DNA from: Oceanotoga teriensis
GTDB lineage: Bacteria; Thermotogota; Thermotogae; Petrotogales; Petrotogaceae
Assembly: GCF_003148465.1 (NCBI RefSeq)
Contig: NZ_QGGI01000003.1
Location: 91,940 to 155,939, forward strand
Direction of reading: 5' to 3'
Length of the DNA stretch: 64,000 nucleotides
Each line of letters opens with the position of its first letter. Positions within the stretch are counted from its first letter, which is position 1. Below the pieces are notes generated by a model, which worked only from the letters and a program-made list of their open reading frames with translations, was not told the origin of the DNA and searched no databases. Shown here piece after piece: positions 21,352 to 31,546 of the stretch. The position numbers and the translations under genes are program-made.

Positions 21352-22628
21352 TGAAAAAATTTAGTATGTTTCTTTTGATTATTAGTTTTTTTGTGATATC
21401 TTTTTCTAGTGTGACTGATTTTATACCTAATGATTCCAAAGCTACTTTTTATATAAAGAATCTATCTAATACTTATGAAAGTTTGAAAACAGTTCCTACT
21501 GTGGGGAGTTTTTTATCTGATCCAATAAATGCAGAAATGTATGTATCAAATTTTGTTGAAAGTTTTTTAGCATCTATGGGTATAGAACCAAAGGATTTTT
21601 TTGAATCGTTAAAGACTGATATGGCTATTTTTATACAGGAACCAGAAGAAAATACTTATATTTTTGGGATTATTTTTGGTGAACTTAAAAATCCTAATAA
21701 ATTTTATGATTCTGTATCCAAAATAATAGAGCCTTTATCAGAATCCGGTATAAGTTTTAATCCAATATATAAAGAAATTTCAGGCAAAAAATATTTGATT
21801 ATGGTTCAAGATAAATCAATTTATGAAGACAGCAAGAAGGGAGATATTAAATTTTATGAACAATATGAAAATGGAATCTATTTTAATATAAATTCTTCAG
21901 ATTTGAAAAATACAGGTTTTGCTTATATAAAAGATAACTATTTAATTGGAACTTCTACAGGAAATTTAAATGAAGATTCTGTAAATCAAAAATATTTAAA
22001 AGATGTTTCGGATTATAATTTTCTTGGTACTGCTTTTCTCGCATCTGGTTTTTTACCTAAAGATATAAATTCGATAAAAGAAATTATAAGTATAGTAGCC
22101 GAACCATCTATTGTTGAAAATATATTGAAGTCTTCAAATGGATTTGAAGTTAATTCTAATATAGATATAAATATAGAAGAGAACATAAAAATTTCAAATA
22201 CCAGTTATGTAAAAATTGATACGAGCACACAATTAAAAAATATAGAACCTATAATGAAGGAAAATAAATTAAAATATAATTATTTGGATGAAAACCATAT
22301 GGAATTTGAAATAAAAATAGATGAAAATATATCAAATACTGAAATGAAAGCTTTAAAATATAATATGTGGAAAAAATCCGATAATATTTTTATTTCAGAA
22401 GATAATGAAGAAAATTTAAATAAAAAACTTCAAAATTCTATTAAACTTTCAGAAAACAAAACATATGAAGAATTATCAAAAAAAATAGGTACAGCAAACT
22501 TAGTATTAGCTTTTGTAGATTTTTCTAAATTCTTTGAAAAATTTGGAGCTTCAGAAAATTTTGGTTTTTTATTAAATGTGAATTATTTGGGAAATGGAGC
22601 TATGAAGGCTGATTTTGTGTTAAAATAA
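21352..22628 (+). CDS. hypothetical secreted protein
   Basis: GGGAGG RBS; signal peptide MKKFSMFLLIISFFVISFSS. Confidence 0.5.
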
Positions 22629-22688
22629 TTGATTAAACCAAAAAATCTTAACTTGACAAAATTAAAATAAAATTATAAAATCTATAAT

Positions 22689-22750
22689 GCACAATGAAGT
22701 GTTAAAAGCGATGAAGCTATGCGAATAATAATTCGCATAGCTTTTTTTTA
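22689..22750 (+). promoter_or_regulatory. ANTAR-type dual hairpin (P1 and P2) overlapping an intrinsic terminator, eutG leader
   Basis: P1 GCAC-AAUGAA-GUGU; P2 AGC-GAUGAA-GCU, whose 3' arm is the 5' arm of the terminator GCUAUGCGAAUAAUAAUUCGCAUAGC followed by U8. Confidence 0.65.
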
Positions 22751-22765
22751 TTTATGAGGAGGGAC

Positions 22766-23926
22766 ATGATGAATTATTTCGGTTTAAGAACAGAAATTTA
22801 TTCTGGAGAAAATAGTTTAAATAAATTAAATGAAATCAATTTAAAAAAAATATTTATAGTTACAGATCCTTTTATGGTAAAGTCTGGAATGATTGATAAA
22901 ATAACTGAAAGTTTAAAAAAAGATATTGAATATAAAATATTTTCACAAATAGTTCCTGACCCACCATTAGAAGTTATAATGAAAGGTGTAAATGAGCTTA
23001 ATGAATTTGAATCTGAAGGAATAATTGCACTCGGTGGAGGCTCTGCTATAGATGCTGCAAAAGCAATAAGTTGTTTTTTTAATAGAATAAATGAAAAAAA
23101 GAGTAATATAAAAAATAAAACACTTTATTTTATAGCAATACCTACTACTTCTGGAACTGGTTCTGAAGTTACAAGTTTTTCAGTTATAACTGATAAAGAA
23201 AAAAATATAAAATATCCACTCATATCAGATGAATTATTGCCTAATATGGCTATTTTAGATCCGGAATTAGTTAAATCTGTACCCGATTTTATAACAGCTG
23301 ATACTGGAATGGATGTTTTAACACATGCTATAGAAGCTTATGTTTCTACTGAAGCTAATGATTTTACAGATGCTCTTTCGGAAAAAGCAATAAAAATAGT
23401 ATTTGAATATTTAAAAAGAGCATATAAAAATGGAAATGATACTCAAGCAAGAATAAAAATGCATAATGCTTCATGTATTGCAGGTATTGCTTTTAACAAT
23501 GTTTCATTGGGATTGAATCATGGAATGGCACATATTCTTGGAGGGAAATTTCATATTCCACATGGTAGAGCAAATGCTATATTATTACCTTATGTTATAG
23601 AATATAATGCTGAATTAGGAAATTATTTGGATAAAAAAACATCAACAACTGCAAAAAGATATGCCAATATAGCAAAAATACTTGGATTATCTTGTTCAAA
23701 TACTAAAATAGGCGTAAAAAATTTAATTTTTGAGATAAATAAATTAAAAAAAGAATTGAATATACCAAATTCAATAAAAGAAGTTGGTATAAAAGAAAAT
23801 GATTTTGATCAAGCTTTAGACTTTTTATCACAAAAAGCAATTGAAGACAGATGTACTGAAACTAATCCAAGAAAGCCAAAGGTAGAAGAAATAAAAACTT
23901 TATTTAAAAAAGTATATAATGGATAA
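22766..23926 (+). CDS. eutG: iron-containing alcohol dehydrogenase (ethanolamine utilisation)
   Basis: Fe-ADH motifs (GGGSAID, HGxAH); location in the eut locus. Confidence 0.8.
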   Translation: MMNYFGLRTEIYSGENSLNKLNEINLKKIFIVTDPFMVKSGMIDKITESLKKDIEYKIFSQIVPDPPLEVIMKGVNELNEFESEGIIALGGGSAIDAAKAISCFFNRINEKKSNIKNKTLYFIAIPTTSGTGSEVTSFSVITDKEKNIKYPLISDELLPNMAILDPELVKSVPDFITADTGMDVLTHAIEAYVSTEANDFTDALSEKAIKIVFEYLKRAYKNGNDTQARIKMHNASCIAGIAFNNVSLGLNHGMAHILGGKFHIPHGRANAILLPYVIEYNAELGNYLDKKTSTTAKRYANIAKILGLSCSNTKIGVKNLIFEINKLKKELNIPNSIKEVGIKENDFDQALDFLSQKAIEDRCTETNPRKPKVEEIKTLFKKVYNG

Positions 23927-23988
23927 TAATATTAAAAATAAAGAATAATTTTTTTAAAAATTTAATAATCTGTAAACTTAATTTTAAG

Positions 23989-24018
23989 TTGACAAATTAC
24001 ATGATAATAATGTAAAAT
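23989..24018 (+). promoter_or_regulatory. sigma70-like promoter (TTGACA, 18-nt spacer, TGTAAAAT)
   Basis: consensus -35 and an extended -10 upstream of the eutS leader. Confidence 0.5.
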
Positions 24019-24033
24019 AAAAAGAGAAAAAAT

Positions 24034-24122
24034 GCACAATGGAGTGTGTTTATTAAAAATAAGCAAAGAAGCTTCTAAAAGAATACATTATTTCATATTC
24101 TTTAGAAGCTATTATTTTTTTA
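24034..24122 (+). promoter_or_regulatory. ANTAR-type dual hairpin overlapping a terminator, eutS leader
   Basis: P1 GCAC-AAUGGA-GUGU; P2 AGC-AAAGAA-GCU; P2 3' arm lies inside the terminator AGCUUCUAAAAGAAUA...UAUUCUUUAGAAGCU followed by a U-run. Confidence 0.7.
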
Positions 24123-24153
24123 TAAAATAAATTTAAGAATGGTGATAAATAAA

Positions 24154-24498
24154 ATGGAAGAAAAACAAAGAACTATACAAGAATATGTTCCTGGAAAACA
24201 AGTAACATTAGCTCATTTAATAGCAAATCCAGATACAGACTTATATAAAAAATTAGGATTAAATGTACAAACTAAAGAAGCTATAGGTATACTCACTATA
24301 ACTCCAAGTGAGGCGGCAATAATCGCAGCAGATGTTGCTACAAAAGCTGCGGGAGTTAAAATAGGTTTTGTTGATAGATTTAGCGGATCATTAGTTATAA
24401 CTGGAGATGTTGGAAGTGTAGAAGCTGCATTAAAAGATGTTGTTAAGATGCTTATAAATACATTGAAATTTTCTGGTACAAATATAACGAGGACTTGA
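24154..24498 (+). CDS. eutS: BMC shell protein EutS/PduU type (permuted BMC-H)
   Basis: [27 protein letters not shown]-terminus typical of EutS; RBS before the ATG at 24154. Confidence 0.8.
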   Translation: MEEKQRTIQEYVPGKQVTLAHLIANPDTDLYKKLGLNVQTKEAIGILTITPSEAAIIAADVATKAAGVKIGFVDRFSGSLVITGDVGSVEAALKDVVKMLINTLKFSGTNITRT

Positions 24499-24935
24499 AT
24501 ATGAAAAAAATAATGCTTATTGGTAAGACTGGAAGTGGTAAAACAACTTTTTGTCAAGCTTATAAAAATCAAGAATTAATATATAAAAAAACACAAGCCA
24601 TAGACTTTATGGATGAATTAATAGATACTCCGGGAGAATATATAGAAAATAGAGTCTATTACAAAGCCTTAATAGTGACTTCAAATGAGTGTGATATCAT
24701 TTGTTTCCTTAATGATCCTACTTCTGATGAAAGTTTTTTACCACCAGGATTTGCAAGTATGTTTAATAAAGAAACTATTGGACTTATAACAAAAATAGAA
24801 AAATCTTCAAATGAAAACATAAAGAAAGCTGAAGAAAATTTAAAATTATCTGGAGTAGAAAAAATTTTTAAGATAGATAACTTTTCGAAGAAAGGATTTG
24901 AAGAGTTGGAGAATTATATAAATAGTTTGTCATAA
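24495..24935 (+). CDS. eutP: EutP/PduV-family GTPase
   Basis: P-loop GKTGSGKTT; 146 aa. Confidence 0.8.
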   Translation: MNMKKIMLIGKTGSGKTTFCQAYKNQELIYKKTQAIDFMDELIDTPGEYIENRVYYKALIVTSNECDIICFLNDPTSDESFLPPGFASMFNKETIGLITKIEKSSNENIKKAEENLKLSGVEKIFKIDNFSKKGFEELENYINSLS

Positions 24936-24946
24936 TGAGGTGAATT

Positions 24947-25360
24947 ATGAAAGAAAAAATAGTAATAGCTGATGATGAGCCTATTACAAGGCAGGATTTA
25001 CGAGAAATCCTTGAAATAGCCGGATACAATGTTGTAGCGGATGCTTCTGATGGGTTTGATGCTGTAGAACTATGTAGAAAATTTAAACCTGATCTCGTTT
25101 TAATGGACATAAAAATGCCTTTGTTGGATGGCTTAAATGCTTCAAAAATAATAACTTCAGAAGGATTAGCAGGTGGGGTTATATTATTAACAGCCTATAG
25201 TGATGAAGATTTTATAGCAAAAGCCAAAAAATCAGGTGTTATAGGTTACTTAGTTAAGCCTATTGATGAAAGATCTTTAATACCATCCATAGAAATATCT
25301 TTAAGTAAATGTGTTGAAATAAATAGAATGAAAGAAGATATAAAAAAAGCCAATAAAAAA
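24947..25360 (+). pseudogene. eutV: eutV 5' fragment (receiver domain of the ANTAR response regulator), truncated by an IS insertion
   Basis: CheY-like receiver (DDEP...D54-like...K); the reading frame ends in a TGA supplied by the first bases of the IS. Confidence 0.8.
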
Positions 25361-25402
25361 TGAACTGACCCATGTCAAGTAGACACAAAAATTAATAAAA
25401 AA

Positions 25403-26221
25403 TTATATACAATTGGATGCTTGGTTTCTGAACTCAACAGGAGCCATGCATCCAAGTTTTTTCTGGAATCTACGATTGTTATAAAAATCAATGTATTTGT
25501 GAATAGCTTTCTCTAATTCTTCAAGAGAATTAAACTTCTTACCATAAAACATCTCAGATTTAAGAGTACCAAAAAATCCTTCCATAGGGCCATTATCTAT
25601 ACATTTACCAACACGAGACATACTTTGTGTCATTTCAGATTCTTCTAGTTTAGTTTTAAATACTCTACCAGTATATTGAAATCCCCTGTCACTATGAAAT
25701 ATTGGTTTAGCTTCTGGATATTTTTCTATTGCTTTATCGAACATTTTGAATACAAGTCTGTTGTCGTTTCTATATGATGTTTCATATACCACTATATCGT
25801 TACCATGTAGATCCATTACAGGACTTAAATAAAGTTTTCTTGTATCTGTTGGTATTGAAAACTCAGTTACATCTGTCAACCATTTTTCATTTGGGTTTTC
25901 TGTACTGAAATCTCTGGATAGTATGTTCTCTTTTGTGTATTCAGGTTTTGTCCTCTTACGATTAATTTTCTTTCTTCTTATCCTGGAAGATACTCCTAAA
26001 AGTTTCATCAGTCTGTGTATATAACCTTCAGAATATTCTTTTTGGTTTAATCTGTTTATGTACATGGTCATTCTTCTGTATCCAAGTATCCCGTCATATG
26101 TAGCATGGTATTCTTGAATTAGATTACATATAGTTTCATCTTGAATTTCTTTTTGTGGTTTTTCCCTTTTTTGATTTTTGTAGTATGAACTTCTGGATAT
26201 TTTCAACACATCACACAACAT
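25403..26221 (-). CDS. IS3-family transposase OrfB (rve integrase core; made as OrfAB by a -1 frameshift)
   Basis: LCDVLKISRSSYYK start typical of IS3/IS150 OrfB; DDE core (HSDRG...). Confidence 0.8.
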   Translation of the reverse strand: MLCDVLKISRSSYYKNQKREKPQKEIQDETICNLIQEYHATYDGILGYRRMTMYINRLNQKEYSEGYIHRLMKLLGVSSRIRRKKINRKRTKPEYTKENILSRDFSTENPNEKWLTDVTEFSIPTDTRKLYLSPVMDLHGNDIVVYETSYRNDNRLVFKMFDKAIEKYPEAKPIFHSDRGFQYTGRVFKTKLEESEMTQSMSRVGKCIDNGPMEGFFGTLKSEMFYGKKFNSLEELEKAIHKYIDFYNNRRFQKKLGCMAPVEFRNQASNCI

Positions 26222-26280
26222 TTTAACTGTGTATCCTTTGGTTTTGTAGTAATCTACCGTTTTGTATTCACCATATTGTT

Positions 26281-26985
26281 TTACTCTCGAGATTCTCTTT
26301 CTTTTTGGAATTCCTCTTTTTTTTTATGTACTTCTAACTCAAAAGCTAATCTTTTGTTTTTAGCTCTTTCTCTTTCCAATTCAAGTTTTAATTTCTGATT
26401 TTCTGTCAGTTCATCTTCTTTTATGTCAGTTTTAGATTTAGGACCACGTTTCCCATATTTGAGTGATTCAGGACCTTTGTTTAAATACATCTTTGTCCAT
26501 TTATATACTGAAGAATATTTTATTGCATGTTTATCTGCAGCTTCTTTGTAGTTCATATCGTTGTTTATTACCCATTTAACTATTTCTAATCTTTCTTTGT
26601 ATGTAGTTTTTCTTGACTCCATGGTATAGACATCTCCTTTCGGATCATAATCTTTCAATTCTATACCATTATAATACTTATTTATCCAATTTTTTATTAT
26701 TGAAACATGAATATCATATTTTACTGATAAATCCATGGCTGAAAATTTTCCATCTATGTATTTTTTAACTACAAATAGCTTGAATTCCTTACTGTATGAT
26801 TTATTTCTTTTTGTTATTTCAAATACTTTTTCTCCATGTTGTATATATCTGTGATACCAATCACTTAAAGATGATTTATCACATCCCACTGATTTTGATA
26901 TACTTTTGAAACTTCCTTTTCCTGCTATGTAATCTTTACATGCTTTTACCTTTGTTTCTTTACTATATTTCCCTTTTCTCGACAT
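26281..26985 (-). CDS. IS3-family transposase OrfA (HTH)
   Basis: DNA-binding HTH and leucine-zipper region; ends inside the A AAA AAA AAG frameshift window. Confidence 0.8.
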   Translation of the reverse strand: MSRKGKYSKETKVKACKDYIAGKGSFKSISKSVGCDKSSLSDWYHRYIQHGEKVFEITKRNKSYSKEFKLFVVKKYIDGKFSAMDLSVKYDIHVSIIKNWINKYYNGIELKDYDPKGDVYTMESRKTTYKERLEIVKWVINNDMNYKEAADKHAIKYSSVYKWTKMYLNKGPESLKYGKRGPKSKTDIKEDELTENQKLKLELERERAKNKRLAFELEVHKKKEEFQKERESRE

Positions 26986-27055
26986 AATAAATATACCTCC
27001 AAAGCAGCTTTGTAATTTTTATTAATTACGTGTCTACTTTGGAGGTATCATATCA

Positions 27056-27220
27056 AAACTTGAAGATAGAAAAATTATAGAAAAAGCAAAGGGTATACTA
27101 ATGGAAAAAGAAAATTTATCTGAAAAAACTGCTTTTGAAAGAATAAGAACATTAAGTATGAATAAAAGATGTTCTATGAAAGATATAGCAGAGGCTATTG
27201 TGATAAGTTATGAAGAGTAA
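27056..27220 (+). pseudogene. eutV: eutV 3' fragment (ANTAR domain)
   Basis: KLEDRKIIEKAKGILMEKENLSEKTAFERIRTLSMNKRCSMKDIAEAIV is a canonical ANTAR motif; it is in frame with the 5' fragment once the IS and one AAA copy are removed. Confidence 0.8.
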
Positions 27221-28616
27221 AATATGTGAATTATGTAAAAAATATACAGACCTTGATGAAGAAGATATAAAAATATTAGAAAACTATTCTTTATGTATGG
27301 ATGCAGTAGCTGATATTGAAAATGCTGATGTATTTATAGATAGTTTGACAAGAGATAATGATGAAGCTATAGTGATAGCCCAAGCTAAGCCTAAAAATAC
27401 AAAATCAATGTATAACAGATCTGTTATTGGTGAAATAGCTTATAGAAAAAATGAACCAGCAGTTTTAAGGACTTTACAACTTGGAATATCGACCAAAGAT
27501 ATAAAAGCACTAACTCAAGAAGAAGTTAGTGTAAGGCAAACAGTAGCCCCAATAAAAAATAAAGATAAAGTAATAGGAGTTTTAATCATAGAAAAAGATA
27601 TAACAGAGAAAATAAATAAAGATAAATATATGGAAGTATTGGAACAGAGTTATGAAAAGCTTACAGATACTTTGTTGTATATGACTGAAAATGATGGTAC
27701 TATAACAAATCATATTGATGAAATAATAATGATGTTTGATGAAGAGGGAATACTAAAATTTGCCAATTCAGTAGCTGAAGAATTATATTTAAAACTTGGG
27801 TACAGAGATAACCTTATAGGTATGAAATATGATAATGTTTCTCTTGATGATTCGAAGTTTAAAGATATAATAAATGAAGGTTGTATACAAGAAAGTGAGA
27901 TAAATTATGGGAAATATTTTTTTAATATAAAAAAAATAATATCCAGTAGAGAATCTTTCAAATTAATTCTAATGATTAAGGATATAACGGATATGAAAGA
28001 AAAAGAAAAAGAACTCATACTAAAATCTGTAGCAATAAAAGAAATACATCATAGAGTAAAAAATAATCTTCAAACTATTGCCAGTTTATTGAGACTTCAA
28101 TCAAGGAGATGTGTTAGCGAAGAAGCTAAAAATGCATTAAATGAAAGTATGAATAGAATTTTAAGCATATCTGCTACTCATGAAATACTTTCTCAAGAAG
28201 GTCTTGATGAACTTTATATATTTGAGGTTATAAAGAACATAAAAACAAGTATTATGCGGGCTTACAGAAATCCGAATGCAGAACTTATAATAAATTTAAT
28301 GGGTGATGATTTCAAAATAAGCTCTGATAAATCAACATCTATAGCTCTCATAATAAATGAATTACTTCAAAATTGTATAAAATATGCTTTTATAGGGAAA
28401 GAAAAAGGACAAATAGATATAAAAATTGAAAGAGGTGATTTATATTCTACAATATCAATTATAGATAATGGTATTGGTTTTGATATAAATCATATGAAAA
28501 AAAATAGTCTTGGTTTTACAATAGTAGAGAGTCTTGTCAAAGACAAACTTTATGGTAATATAAAAATAAATTCTGATAAAAATGGAACGAAAGTTTTGTT
28601 TGATTTTAAAAATTAA
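27210..28616 (+). CDS. eutW: sensor histidine kinase EutW
   Basis: HHRVKNNLQ H-box and an HATPase_c C-terminus; overlaps the eutV 3' end as in Firmicutes eut loci. Confidence 0.8.
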   Translation: MKSKICELCKKYTDLDEEDIKILENYSLCMDAVADIENADVFIDSLTRDNDEAIVIAQAKPKNTKSMYNRSVIGEIAYRKNEPAVLRTLQLGISTKDIKALTQEEVSVRQTVAPIKNKDKVIGVLIIEKDITEKINKDKYMEVLEQSYEKLTDTLLYMTENDGTITNHIDEIIMMFDEEGILKFANSVAEELYLKLGYRDNLIGMKYDNVSLDDSKFKDIINEGCIQESEINYGKYFFNIKKIISSRESFKLILMIKDITDMKEKEKELILKSVAIKEIHHRVKNNLQTIASLLRLQSRRCVSEEAKNALNESMNRILSISATHEILSQEGLDELYIFEVIKNIKTSIMRAYRNPNAELIINLMGDDFKISSDKSTSIALIINELLQNCIKYAFIGKEKGQIDIKIERGDLYSTISIIDNGIGFDINHMKKNSLGFTIVESLVKDKLYGNIKINSDKNGTKVLFDFKN

Positions 28617-28625
28617 ATAATAAAA

Positions 28626-28695
28626 TACAATGATGTATTAAAAAAAGCAATGAGGCTTAAAACTATTTTTTATAGTTTTAAGCCTTTTTATTTTT
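28626..28695 (+). promoter_or_regulatory. ANTAR-type dual hairpin overlapping a terminator, eutA leader
   Basis: P1 UAC-AAUGAU-GUA; P2 AGC-AAUGAG-GCU; terminator AGGCUUAAAACUAU-UUUUU-AUAGUUUUAAGCCU followed by a U-run. Confidence 0.7.
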
Positions 28696-28714
28696 CAAAA
28701 GAAGGTGTCGTTGA

Positions 28715-30145
28715 ATGAAAGAAAAGTTTTTAAGTGCAGGTATTGATATAGGAACTTCTACAACGCAACTTGTTTTTAGTGAAATAACTATAGAAAATAT
28801 GGCTTCTGATTTTACAGTTCCAAGAATAAAAATAGTAGATAAAGAAATAGTTTATAGAAGTAATATATACTTTACACCTTTGATAAATCAAAATGAAATT
28901 GATGGTGAAAAGGTAAGAGAAATAGTTGAAATTGAATATAAAAAAGCTGGATATGAATCAGAAAATATAAAAACTGGTGCAGTTATTATAACTGGAGAAA
29001 CAGCAAGGAAAAAAAATGCAAATGAAGTTTTACAAAATCTTAGTGGATTAGCAGGAGATTTTGTAGTTGCGACAGCTGGACCAGATTTAGAATCAATAAT
29101 TGCAGCTAAAGGTGCTGGAGCAGATATTTTATCAGAGAAAAAAAGAAATACAGTTGTAAATCTCGATATAGGTGGAGGAACTACAAATTTAGCTGCTTTT
29201 CATGATGGAATTCTTTTAGATACTGGATGTCTTGATATAGGTGGAAGATTGATTAAATATGATAATTATAAAAAAATTACATATATTTCACCTAAGTTAC
29301 AAAAAATAATAGAAAATGAAAATATAAATTTAAAAGTTGGACAAGAGATAGATTTAATAGAATTAAAAAAAATAATAAATATTATGGTTGATTTACTTTA
29401 TCAATCTATAAACAAAAAAGAAATGAGTTCGTACTATGACTTTATTTTAACTAATAAAGGAATAAAACAAGATATAAATGTTGATTGTATAACCTTTTCT
29501 GGAGGTGTTGCTGATTATGTATACAATCAAAACTATGAAGATCTTTTTAAATATGGAGATATTGGAATTATATTGGGGAAAGCTATAAAAGAATCTAATT
29601 TATTTAAAAATATAGATATTGGACAAGCAGTTGAAACGATAAGAGCAACTGTTGTAGGAGCTGGAACACATACAACTGATATATCTGGAAGTACAATAAC
29701 ATATTCTGAGCAACTTTTACCATTAAAAAATGTGCCTATATTAAAACTTGAAAAACATGAAGAAATTTTAGATAATAAAGAATTTATATCTGTTATAAAT
29801 AAGAAAATTTCTTGGTTTGAAAATGAAAATTCTCTTCAACAAATAGCTATAGCGATAAATGGAAAAGAATATACAAAATTTGTAGATATACAAAATCTTG
29901 CACAAAATCTAATAGATGGAAGTAAAAAATTATTAGATTTGGGCTATCCATTAATAGTAATAGTAGAAAATGATATAGCAAAAGTATTAGGTCAAACTCT
30001 AAATAGCAAATTAAATTATAAAAAAGAATTAATTTGTATAGATGGAATAAAGGTTGAAAACGGAGATTATATAGATATTGGTAAACCTTTGGCCGAAGGT
30101 AAAGTATTGCCTGTTGTTATAAAAACTTTAGTTTTTAATTCATAA
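28715..30145 (+). CDS. eutA: ethanolamine ammonia-lyase reactivase EutA
   Basis: 476 aa; ASKHA-fold start GIDIGTSTT. Confidence 0.85.
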   Translation: MKEKFLSAGIDIGTSTTQLVFSEITIENMASDFTVPRIKIVDKEIVYRSNIYFTPLINQNEIDGEKVREIVEIEYKKAGYESENIKTGAVIITGETARKKNANEVLQNLSGLAGDFVVATAGPDLESIIAAKGAGADILSEKKRNTVVNLDIGGGTTNLAAFHDGILLDTGCLDIGGRLIKYDNYKKITYISPKLQKIIENENINLKVGQEIDLIELKKIINIMVDLLYQSINKKEMSSYYDFILTNKGIKQDINVDCITFSGGVADYVYNQNYEDLFKYGDIGIILGKAIKESNLFKNIDIGQAVETIRATVVGAGTHTTDISGSTITYSEQLLPLKNVPILKLEKHEEILDNKEFISVINKKISWFENENSLQQIAIAINGKEYTKFVDIQNLAQNLIDGSKKLLDLGYPLIVIVENDIAKVLGQTLNSKLNYKKELICIDGIKVENGDYIDIGKPLAEGKVLPVVIKTLVFNS

Positions 30146-30169
30146 AAAATGAATGAAGGAGTGACTATA

Positions 30170-31534
30170 GTGAAATTAAAAGCCAAATTATTTGGTCATA
30201 CGTATTCTTTTAAATCGATAATGGATGTTATGGCTAAAGCTAATGAAGAAAAATCTGGAGACAAGCTTGCAGGAATATCGGCTAATTCTTCAGAAGAAAG
30301 AGTTGCAGCAAAAGTAGTTTTATCTGAATTGACTTTAGAAGATTTGAGAAATAATCCAGCAGTTCCATATGAAGAAGATGAAGTTACAAGAATAATTCAG
30401 GATCAAGTAAATGAAAAAATATATGCTGAATTAAAAAATAAGACAGTCTCTGAATTTAGAGAATGGATACTTGATGAAAATACTACTGGAGAAATGATAA
30501 GAAGAGCTAGTAGAGGGATAACAAGTGAAATGGTTGCGGCTGTTGCAAAATTAATGTCAAATCTTGATTTAATATATGCTGCGAACAAGATAGAAATAAC
30601 TGCTCATTGTAATACAACTATAGGATATAAAGGCAGATTATCTGCAAGATTACAACCAAATCATCCTACAGATAATCCAGATGGAATATTAGTATCATTG
30701 ATGGAAGGATTAAGCTATGGAGTTGGAGATGCTGTTATAGGTTTAAATCCAGTTGATGATTCTGTTGAAAGTGTTACAAGAGTACTCAAAAAATTTGAAG
30801 AATTTAAACAAAAATGGGAAATTCCAACACAAAATTGTGTTTTAGCTCATGTAACAACACAAATGGAAGCTATAAAAAAAGGTGCACCATCAGATCTTAT
30901 ATTTCAGAGTATTGCTGGATCTCAAAAAGGGAATGAAGCTTTTGGGATAACTGGAGAAATGATAGAAGAAGCAAGACAACTTGCATTAAAAGAGGGTACT
31001 GGAGCAGGACCTAATGTTATGTATTTTGAAACAGGTCAAGGTTCAGAGTTATCAGCAGATGCTCACAATGGAGTAGATCAGGTTACTATGGAAGCGAGAT
31101 GTTATGGATTTGCAAAAAAATATGATCCTTTTCTTGTTAACACAGTTGTTGGATTTATAGGTCCTGAATATTTATATGATAGTAAACAGGTTATAAGAGC
31201 TGGACTTGAAGATCATTTTATGGGAAAACTCACAGGTATATCTATGGGCTGTGATGCTTGTTATACAAATCATATGAAAGCTGATCAAAATGATATAGAA
31301 AATCTTGCTGTACTTTTATCTAATGCAGGCTGTAATTATTTTATGGGTATTCCCCATGGAGATGATGTAATGCTTAACTATCAATGTACAGGTTATCATG
31401 AAACTGCAGCATTAAGACAATTATTGGGATTAAAACCTATTAAAGAATTTGAAATTTGGTTAGAAAAAATGGGTATTATGAATAATGGAAAATTAACTGA
31501 AATTGCCGGAGATGCTTCAATATTTCTTAAATAA
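30170..31534 (+). CDS. eutB: ethanolamine ammonia-lyase large subunit
   Basis: VKLKAKLFGHTYSFKS N-terminus typical of EutB; GTG start after a GAAGGAG RBS, so the track ATG at 30149 is unlikely. Confidence 0.9.
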   Translation: MKLKAKLFGHTYSFKSIMDVMAKANEEKSGDKLAGISANSSEERVAAKVVLSELTLEDLRNNPAVPYEEDEVTRIIQDQVNEKIYAELKNKTVSEFREWILDENTTGEMIRRASRGITSEMVAAVAKLMSNLDLIYAANKIEITAHCNTTIGYKGRLSARLQPNHPTDNPDGILVSLMEGLSYGVGDAVIGLNPVDDSVESVTRVLKKFEEFKQKWEIPTQNCVLAHVTTQMEAIKKGAPSDLIFQSIAGSQKGNEAFGITGEMIEEARQLALKEGTGAGPNVMYFETGQGSELSADAHNGVDQVTMEARCYGFAKKYDPFLVNTVVGFIGPEYLYDSKQVIRAGLEDHFMGKLTGISMGCDACYTNHMKADQNDIENLAVLLSNAGCNYFMGIPHGDDVMLNYQCTGYHETAALRQLLGLKPIKEFEIWLEKMGIMNNGKLTEIAGDASIFLK

Positions 31535-31546
31535 AGAGGTGGGAAA

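Larger units (their letters stand above)
25361..27055 (-). mobile_element. IS3-family insertion sequence (1695 bp) with about 40-bp imperfect terminal inverted repeats and a 3-bp AAA target duplication
   Basis: left end TGAACTGACCCATGTCAAGTAGACAC matches the reverse complement of the right end TGATATGATACCTCCAAAGTAGACAC; orfA and orfB with an A9G slippery site; AAA at 25358-60 and 27056-58. Confidence 0.85.

Noticed and set aside
25361-25363. Native eutV stop codon after the receiver domain (a stand-alone receiver gene)
   Set aside because: The TGA is contributed by the IS terminus (TGAACTG...). The ANTAR domain continues in frame beyond the IS, so this is an interrupted gene, not a naturally short receiver.
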